Assembly: GCF_009914755.1 (NCBI RefSeq)
Contig: NC_060927.1
DNA length: 64,000 bases
Source: the human T2T-CHM13v2.0 reference genome, Homo sapiens
Reading direction: 5' to 3' (one strand)
Shown here: in pieces, positions 51,471 through 64,000 of the stretch
Layout of the letters: each line of letters opens with the position of its first letter
Position numbering within the stretch: the stretch's first letter is position 1
Notes under the pieces: model-generated
The model's database searches: none
What the model saw: the letters and a program-made list of their open reading frames with translations, nothing else
Told to the model about the DNA's origin: nothing
Program-made: the position numbers and the translations under genes

Positions 51471-52364
51471 AGTATATTCTATTTCTAGCTAAAAAATAAC
51501 TTAGTGCTCAGAGTGCTTATGCTGAAGCCAAAAAATTGGAAGAAATATTTCTTTAATCTCGATAAGAAGCCTAACGGAGCCACCATTAGTTGCCGTTAGC
51601 ATACAATTTAACAAACCTTACCTTCTATTGTATGCTACCTTTGTACTTACCTGCTGTGGGTGTAAGAATATATTTAACTTCTGAGTGATTTGTGTAATAA
51701 TTTCCCTTAGAAGTTAGCAGCATATTCAAGGAAAGACTTTTGTGTCTAATTTTATTTGAAATATGTGTTTCCAATTTGGTTTTTACTGAGAAAAAAATAG
51801 TGTCTCTTCAAGAGAACAACAGGTGACCTTTAAAAATAAAATGACAGAAGAACTATGTGTACTCAGTGAAATTTGCATAATTTCAAATTCAAAAATTAAC
51901 TCAAGGGAGGACTCTTAAGTCTTCAAGCAACCTTAGTGTACTTTGAGAGCCCAGAGATGAAGCATTGGGAAGTGTATTTCAACTAAAATAAGAAAAGGAA
52001 ATTTTTAAAAAATTAACCTTTATAGAATCTAGTAAACTGCCCAAGCTCTTCTCTATTTCTTCTATCTGTTCAAATTTGTTTCATTCTTTAAAGTGTCAGT
52101 TTGAATACTTCCTCTTGTATGCAGTTTCTCCTATCTTCTTCAAGCCTCAGAAATTTAATTTTCCTCTGGATACCTACATTCTGTACCAAATATTTTAACA
52201 CTTTATTCCATTGCATATTGTTGTTTCATGACTTTTAGTCTTGTTACCTGGATTACAGGTTTCTTTTGGTAAGAAATTATAATGTATAGGTCTTTTATTG
52301 TTCCCTATTGCTTAATACAGTGATGAGCACATAGTGGGTAAGTAGTAAATGTTTGCTGCTTGTT

Positions 52365-55070
<2,706 letters not shown>

Positions 55071-55071
55071 A

Positions 55072-55832
55072 AGTTACAGTAGGTAGCTAGTCAGACATAA
55101 GCAGAACAGGAGAGGGCTCCTTCCTGCACGCCCCACCAGGAATGTCAGGTGACCATTTAGGTGACGGTCAGGTGGTTGTTAACTGTCTCTCCAAAATAAT
55201 AATTGGTCACAGCCAGTGCCAGGGAAAGGCAGTTTCCCAGTAGGTGCAAAACACCTGAAACTGGTGATCAGCAGCTTCCTGGAAAGATCTCAGGGGTTGG
55301 GGGAGTGGGCTCAAGCATGTGTATTAAGAGGCAAAATGGCAGAGTTTAACTGGTATATAACTTGTTAGGGACATTCAACTGGCAAGGGAAGAATGCCTCA
55401 AGGGAGCATGTGTACAACTCCAGTAAGCACACTGTGCGTGCTCCCCTCCCAAATGCTAGCAGGACACTGCACATGCAGACAGCCCACCCCAAGGGAAGAA
55501 TCAGGGGAGATGGGATGCAAGACTCCAGAAGTATGCATGCCAGTGTATAAAATCCCAAGTCAAAAGGTCAAACTGCACATTTGATCTCTCAAGTTGCACA
55601 CTTAGCCCTCTTTCAAATGTACTTTACTTCCTTTTCATTTCATTCTAAAGCTTTTTAATAAACTTTTACTCTTACTCTAAAACTTGCCTTGTTCTCGCCT
55701 TCTGCCTTATGCCCCTCAGTTGAATTCTTTCTTCTGAGAAGGCAAGAACTGAGGTTGCTGCAGACATGTAGGAATTTGCTGCCTGTAACATATTTTGTTT
55801 CGGGGAGACTTGGATACATTCTGCTGCTAACA
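55072..55832 (+). mobile_element. MER50-like ERV1 solo LTR
   Basis: 'gttacagtaggtagctagtcagacataagcag...ccaggaatgtcaggtgacc', TATA-like 'gtataaaa', 'aataaac' and end 'gctgctaaca'. 4-bp TSD agaa. Confidence 0.8.
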
Positions 55833-56839
55833 AGAAGCAACTGGCATTTATTCTAGTATTTATCCCTATTCCATACTATTCTATATTTGAAAACAATAGC
55901 GCAATCAGCTGGCAATTAGTTGAGGTTAAGGATAGCATGTGAAACCAGTAATGACAAACCAGACAGAAACTTAATGGGGAGATCAGGAAAAGAGACAGTC
56001 AAGAGGGCAGACTAAAATCACAGTCATCCGTGGTGCAACTGTTCACGCCCAAGGTTGTGCCCTGTGAAGAATGATGTCAGAGACTGCATACTACGGGGGA
56101 AATAGTCTTCACTAAATCAGTGCAGGTGAGTAAAAAAAAACCCCACAACCAATAAACAAGGAAACAACAACAAGAAGCTTAAGGAATAAGAATCTGTAGC
56201 AGAGTTGCTACAATGTGTTATAAAAAAATAGCCAGTTTTTAGCAAAGGATTGTGAGACACAAAGAAACAAAAAGGTGCAACCCACACTGAGGGATAGAAA
56301 GCAATAGAAAACTACCTATGAGAAAGTCTAAAGATTGGACTTCTCAAATATTTTAAAGCAGTTATATGAATACACCAAAAACTAAGGACAAATATGTTTA
56401 CACAATTCAAGGAAGGTATGACAATGTCACATCAAATAGTTGAAATTATAGTACAAAAGGACCAGACGAAAATTCTAGAGTTGAAACTAGAGAGCTCAAA
56501 AATAAGTTAGAGCTTATAGAAGAATGAACCCATGAACTTGAAGATAGAGTAATAGAGATTATACAATCTGAAGAACAAAGAAAAAAACAATGGAGAAAAA
56601 TAAAAATAATAATGGAGAAAAATAAAAATAAAGGGAACCTCAAAGAAATGTGATGTTATTAACTGCATCAACATATGTGTAATGGAAGTGCCAGAAAGGG
56701 GGAGAAAGAGAAAAAAATTTGAAGAAATAATGAGTGAAAGCTTTCCACTTTGAGGTAAAACAGCAGTCTACACATTCATGAGGCTCAATAAGCTCCACGT
56801 AAAATAAACACAAAAAGATTCATGCCAAAACACATCATA

Positions 56840-57188
<349 letters not shown>

Positions 57189-58423
57189 CTAGAGAATAAT
57201 GACTCAGCAGATAAAAATGAATGCAGATAAGATTAATGCTGACTTCTCATCAGAAACAACATGCTGAAAGTAAAATATGCCCATTAAAAATCATAGTCGG
57301 CAAAACTATCTTTGAGAAACAAAGCCAAAATAGAGACTTTTCAGGTAAATAAATCTGAGAGAATTCATTGATAGCAGATCTATCTTATAAGAAATACTAA
57401 AGGAAATTCTCTAGGCTGAAAGCAAGTGACCCCCAGACAGTAATCCAGCTTACAGAAGAGAAACATAGAGTGCCAGTAAAGGAATTAAGTAGGTAATTAT
57501 AAAAGGCAGTATAATTTCATTCTTCTTCTTTCTTCTCTTAAGTAATTTTAAAAACAATTGCATTAAACAATATATATAATTATATTGTTTGGCCTGTAAC
57601 ATACAGATATGTGATATATTTGACAATAACAGCACAAAGAAGGTGGGTGGGAACAAAGCTGTATTAGAATAAGGAATGACTCCTCAAATTCATAAGAACA
57701 AATGAAAATAACTATAAATGGTATATTAGAAGACTAATATAAAAATCTGTAAATATATACTTTCTCTCCATTCTTCTTTCAGCTTCTTGAAAAGACATAT
57801 ATCATAATTTTGACAATATATTCTTGAATTTGTCACAAATGTATATATAATCAACATGTTTAACAAAAATAACACACAAAAATGAAGACAGAGCTATATA
57901 GAATCAAATTTTATATAATCTCAATAGAAATCATTAGTATAAACCAGAGGTAGATTTTGATGGCTATTGTAAGCCACAAAGCAATTACTAAAAATATAAT
58001 TCAAAAAATATAATTCAGAAAATATAATTTGAAAAACATTTAAAGAAATCAACACATCATACTAGAAAATATTTCCCAAGTACAAAAGAAAAAAAAGAAG
58101 AAATAAGATATGAGACATGAGACAAATAGAAAACAAAAAGCAAAGTGGCAAACTAAAATCCAACCATGTCAATAGTAACATTAAATGTAAATTCATTAAT
58201 CACTTCAACCAAAAGGCAGATATTATCAGTTTGGATTAAGAAATGAAGATTCAACCATAACCATATGCTGTCTACAGAAGGTATACTTTAGACTCAAAGA
58301 TACAAATAGGCCGAAAATAGGAAAATGGAAAAAGATATACGAGGCAAACTACAACCATAAGCTGGAGAAAAATGAACTTGAAAATAGAACAACAGAAAAA
58401 TCAATAATCTCAAAAGTTAGTTC

Positions 58424-58713
58424 TTTTTATTTTTTGAGACAGGGTCTCACTCTGCCACTCAGCCTGGCGTCCACTGGTGAAATCACGGTTCACTGCAGCC
58501 TCAATATCCCAGGCTCAGGTGATTCTCCTACTTCTTCCTCCCATGTAGCTGAAATTATAGGCACCCAACACTATGCTCAGCTAATTTTTTGTATTTTTTG
58601 AAGAGACGGGGTTTCACCATGTTGCCCAGACTGGTCTTGAATTCCTGGGCTTAAGCAATCCACATCTTGGCCTCCCAAAGTGCTGGGATTACAGGCATGA
58701 GCCACAGCGACCA
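58424..58713 (-). mobile_element. AluJ
   Basis: 'gagacagggtctcactctg...cactgcagcctc...ctgggcttaagcaatcc'. TSD tcaaaagt(t/c)agttcttt. Confidence 0.9.
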
Positions 58714-60456
58714 GTCAAAAGTCAGTTCTTTTAAAAGACCAGTAAAGTTGACAAATGGAGAACACTCATAATTTCTAAAATCAGTAATGATAGAGTGAAC
58801 CTCAGTACTCAACTTACAAAAAATAAAAAGAAATTGCATAGGAATACTATGAAGAACAGTATGCCTACAAATTAGATTACTTAGATAAAATGGATGAATT
58901 CTTAGAAATATGCGAACTATAAAACTGATTCAAGAATAAATAGATAATTCAAACAAATAAATAGTGTGTAGTGAGGTTGAACTAGTAGTTAAAAAAATTT
59001 GCAAAGAAAGACTAGGGCATATAACTTCACTGGTGAATTCTAACTAACATTTAAAGCGGAATTAATACTAACCCTTCACCAACTCTTTCAAACAATAGAA
59101 GAGGAAAGAATACTTCCTAACTCATTCTCTAAGGCCACTGTTATTATCTTGACACCAAAGCAGACAAAAACAGCACAAGAAAACTATAAAAAATATCTCA
59201 TATAAATGCAAAAGTCTTCAACACTACACTAGTAAACCAAATCTAGCAAAATACAAAACGGATTATATACCAGGGACAAATAGTATTTATACTATACGAG
59301 GTTAGATTAACATAGAAAAATCAGCTCATGCAATATACTCTATTAATAGAATAAAGACCAAAACTATTATTATATCAGTAGATGCAGGAAAAGACATTTG
59401 AAAAAATACCATACCCACTTATAATAAAAACACTAAGCAAACTAGGAATAGAAGGGAACTTCATAACTTAATAAAAGGTCTCTACAGAATTAGCTAACCT
59501 CACACTGAATGATGAATCTCTGAAGACAATAGTCAGGAACAAGCAAAAAATGTGTCCTCTTACCATTTCTATTCAACATTGTCCTGGATGTAGTAACCAG
59601 ATCAATTAGGTAAGAAAAAGACATAAAAGGTATCCAGACTGGAAAGGAAGAAATAAACCTATCTCTTGTCTGTAGATGATATGCTTTTGTATACAGAAAA
59701 TCCTAAGGAATCTACAGAAAAATGTATCTTAACAAATACATGATTTCAGTAAGGTTGATACAATATCAATACACAAAAATCAACTGTATTTCTATAAAAA
59801 ATAAACAATCTGAAAATGAATTTAAGAAAATAATTCAATTTGTAACATCAAAAATAATAAAGGACTTAGAAGTAAGCATAAGGAAAGAAGTGCAAGGCTT
59901 ACATACTAAAAACTATAAAACATTGCCAATTAAAATTAAAGAAGACCTAAATAAATGGGAAGATATCTTATAGTTATAAATTGGAAGACTTAATGTTGTT
60001 AATATGGCCATTCTTTCCAAGTACTGATCTACAGATTTAATGCAACTCTTAAAGTCACAGCTGACTTTTTTGGTGCAGAAATTGAGAATCTGAGCCAAAA
60101 ATTTATATGAAAATGCAAGGGACCCAGAATAGCCAAAATAATTCTGAAGAAGTGTAAAATTGGTAGACATAATTCAGGATTTCAAACTTTACTGAAATTC
60201 AAGAGAGTATGGTACTAGCATGAGAATAGGTATGTACATCAGTGAATATAATTGAGAGTCCAGAAATAAGCCCTTTCATTTTCTCTTAATTGATTTTCAA
60301 TAAGGGTGCTAAGACCATTCAATAAGGAAAAATAGTCTTTTCAATGAATGGTACTGAGACAACTAGATATCCAGATGCAAAAGATTGAAGTTAGACCCCT
60401 TCTTCTCTCTAACCAAAGATTAACTCAAACTGGTTACCTAAACATAAAAGGTAGTA

Positions 60457-60810
60457 CAGATGCTTCTTAATTTACAGTGAGGTTGGATTTCAATAAATCC
60501 ATCACAAGTTGGAAATATCATCAGTTTAAAATGCGTTAAATATATCTTACCTATTAAACATCATAGCTTAGCCTAGCCCACCTTAAATGTGCTCAGAACA
60601 TTTACATCAGCCTACAGTTGGGCAAAATTATCTAACACAAAGCCTATTTTATAATAAAGTGTTGAATATCACATGCGTATAATGTATTTAATAATGTATT
60701 GAAGGTGAAAAACAGAATGATAATATGGGCACTCTCAAATTATGGTTTTCACTGAATGCATATGTGTCAAAAAATGTTAAGTCAAACCATTGGAAGTTAG
60801 AGACAGTCTT
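60457..60810 (+). mobile_element. MER47A (Tigger-family MITE) inside L1MB ORF2
   Basis: 'cagatgcttcttaattta...catcatagcttagcctagcccaccttaaatgtgctcagaaca...gaagttagagacagtctt'. Confidence 0.88.
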
Positions 60811-62795
60811 CACTATAAAACTCAGGAGAAAACAGAGGGGTAAATCTTCATTATTGTGAGTTAATACTTCTTACATATGACACCGAAAGCAAAGCAACAA
60901 ATTTTAAAAAAATACATAAATTGGATGTCATCAAAATTAAAAACTTTTGTGCTGCAAATGATACCATCAGGAAAGTGAAAGAACATTCCACAGAATGAGA
61001 TAAAATATTGGTAAATTATATATCTACCTGATAAGGAAATTTTAACCAGGATATATTTTTAAAACTCTTACAACTCAATAATAGAAAAATAAGTAACCCT
61101 GTTAAAAATTCAGCAAAGGTTCCAAATAGACATTTCTCCAAAAAGATATAAAAATGCCCAATAAGTACATGAAAATATTCTCAACATCATTAATTACTAG
61201 GGAAATGCAAATTTAAACCTTAATGAGATGCATTGTCACATTTTGTAGAATGTCTATAACAAAAAAGACTGACAATAACAAACATTGGTGAGGATGTAGG
61301 AAAATTGGGAGCTATCATTCATTCATGGGAATGTAAAATGGTGAAGCCACTTTTGAAAACAGCTTGTCAGTTCCTCAAAATGTTGAATATAGAGCTACGT
61401 GTGAACTGGCAATTCTACTCCTAAATATATACCCGAGAGAAATACAAAGACATATTCTCAAAATCATGTACATGAATTTTCATAGATGTTTTCTTCATTG
61501 TAGTCCCAAAATGGATAACATCCAAATGTCCTGCAAGTGATGAATGGATAAATAAATGTGGTATATATCCAAAATATAAGACTCTTCTACAATAAAAAAA
61601 AAAATGAAGTACTGATACATGCTATGGCATGGATGAACCTTCAAAACATGCTAAGTGAAAAAAGCCAGTCACAAAAGAGAACATATATAGTATGATTTCA
61701 TTTTATATGAAATGTCTAGAAGAGGCAAAATAGAGACAGAAAAGTGGATTATTCATTGACTAGGGCTGGGGCAGGATATAGAGTAGTAACAAATGACTGC
61801 TAATGGCTACTGGGCTACCTTTTGCAGTGATAAAATGCTCTAAAATTAGGATGTAATGATGGTTGCACAACTGTGAATATACCATAAATCATTGAATTGT
61901 ACACTTTAACCAGGTGAATTTTGTTATATGTTATATATGTAATTATATCTCCATAAACTGTTAATGACTTTTATATGTAGATTCATATGCAATTAGATCC
62001 ATTTTTGAATTTTCTATCCTTTTCTATTGATCTATTTAATCACAAATACTATACTGTTTTAACTGCAGAACTTGATAACATGTCTTAGGGTCGGCTATGC
62101 TTAGTTGGTCCTCACTGCTTATGTTACTTAGGAATGTTTTCTGGCTATTCTTGCTTGTTTACTTTTCCGTTTGAATTTTATAATCAATTTGTTGTACGCC
62201 AGAACAAACCAAAAAAATCCCATTAATGTTATTTTTATTGGTATTTTATTAAATGTGTTTGTCTTGGGGAGTAAAAAAGAAGATCTATAAATCTTTTGTT
62301 GATTTTAGGCAGCTGAGGCATACTGAGTAGCATGTCTTAGCACGATAGAAGGAGGGTGAATTTTGTATACATGTAGCTTCAGGTTTCACTTTACTCCCTC
62401 ATTAAACATGCAAACTTGAACAAGTTGATTATTTTATCTCTATTTGAGTTTTCTCATTTAGAAAGTTAAAATGATATTACTCAAGATACAGGTTGTTTGG
62501 AGAATTAAACCTTCACAAGTGTGTGGGTCTTTTTCTGTTCTTTTTCTTTTTTCTCTGATACGTTTCCAGTGCTAGAATAGTGCCTGCTCCATAGTAGAAG
62601 CTTAATAAATGAATGAAACATCTATTAAAGTTCTCAGCACATATTGGGCAATCAAATGTTAGTGCCTTTTAAAAATCTTTATTTCACAAACAATGCCAGC
62701 GTCAAATTTATAATTATATGTTAAGCAATTTCCTTGGGATTTTCATATTATTGAAATATTTTGGATAAAAGCTAAGACTGAACATTTTTCTCTGT

Positions 62796-62965
62796 TGTAT
62801 CTATTTTATTATTTTTATTTATGTATTTATTTATTTATATTTATTTTTGAGATGGGGCCTTGCTGTGTTGCCCAGACTGGTCTCAATCTCCTAGACTCAA
62901 GCGATCCTCCTGCCTCAGCCTCCCAAATCACTGGGTGTTCAGGCATAAGCCACTGTGCTCAGACT
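62796..62965 (-). mobile_element. FLAM_C / Alu left monomer with decayed (TTTA)n tail
   Basis: 'gagatggggccttgctgtgttgcccagactggtctc...ctcaagcgatcctcctgcctcagcctcccaaa'. Confidence 0.85.
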
Positions 62966-64000
62966 CTCTATGATGTTTACAATGAAATTTTGATGTGGTT
63001 GAATATAATTTTCTGAAGTTTAAGTTTTAATTTCATATTTTCTTTAGTTTTGTACAAATAATAGCACTATGTAGTTGCATTCCAGAAGCAACTCATGTAA
63101 ATATTCCATTAAGAGTGGACTCACAGGAATAATGAAAAGGCAGTAAGTCATATCTGTATCATCCATATGCGTGATGCATGTTAACACTGTGTGGGATTTG
63201 CAGTTGGAAGAAAATGCCCTAAACAGACATTTTTATTATTTTGACTTGTTTATGAGTGAGGTCATGTTTGTTATTAAATAGTAAAATTTACATAGTAAAG
63301 ATTGCAAAACAAACAAACAAACCCAGCCCTGAAAAACATTAATACTCTGTAATACTCTGTGAATGAGAAAATGACTAATGCACCTGTGAACAGATTCTCA
63401 ACAGTGGTAAAATTAAGCTTTAATTGCTGTCTCTCTCTCTCAGTAAATATTCTCTCTCTCACTAAATGAATATAATATATATTTAGAACATTCTCTATAA
63501 AGAGGAAATATAGAATATTTTAAATATATAAAACTAAAATATATATTTAGAATAATTTAATGTATTTAGAATATTCTAAATAAACAGAGGAATAATACAG
63601 AATATTATATATGTGTATATATAGTGTATGTGAAAGAGAGACAGATTGTTAAATTACAATAAACACAGTTTATCTTTGTATAAATAAGTTTAGGGTAGAA
63701 AAATTCATGTTGGTTTATTGATAGAAGCTCTAGCTTCTGACAGCAATTGCTGGAATATCTGGCATCCTTAATAATCCAAGAAGTTTGGGGTACTATGTGT
63801 GTATTTATAAGTACAAGATTGTCTTCCTTTAATTAACTGGAATAGTTTTTCTAATGGTGTCATGGAGGAATACCTAAACTAGTTGTAAACATAACTATTT
63901 TTTTTTTCTCAAAATGTCAAGGTTGTTTGTACAGCAACCAACACTAATTGGCTTGAAGATAGGCTTCTCTCTTGGCCTTGGCTCTTCTGGTATAAAATTT

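Overview
This is AT-rich, repeat-dense primate DNA, almost certainly human, since it carries a near-consensus AluYa5 with an intact target-site duplication (TSD). I could not recognise any intact protein-coding gene, RNA gene or CpG island, and there is no prokaryotic or CRISPR content. The window holds two processed pseudogenes: DYNLL1 (+, 13.2-13.8 kb) and RPL9 (-, 32.5-33.1 kb). The rest is mostly transposon fossils: L1PA7-like, L1PA8-10, an internally deleted L1PB, L1MB and older L1M; about 11 Alu/FLAM copies; solo LTRs (MLT2, MSTB, THE1, LTR1 family x2, MER50, MLT1); DNA transposons (MER47A x2, MER20, Charlie1a); and L2, CR1 and MIR remnants. The most notable unexplained structures are a 76-bp-arm hairpin at 2130-2296, a ~190-bp locally templated copy embedded in AT-rich filler at 25056-25242, a fold-back micro-rearrangement inside an MSTB LTR, and several minus-strand GT-AG-bounded open segments that may or may not be exons of an unrecognised transcript. 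Repeat subfamily calls come from remembered consensus features and should be confirmed with RepeatMasker/Dfam. I found no convincing new biological system.
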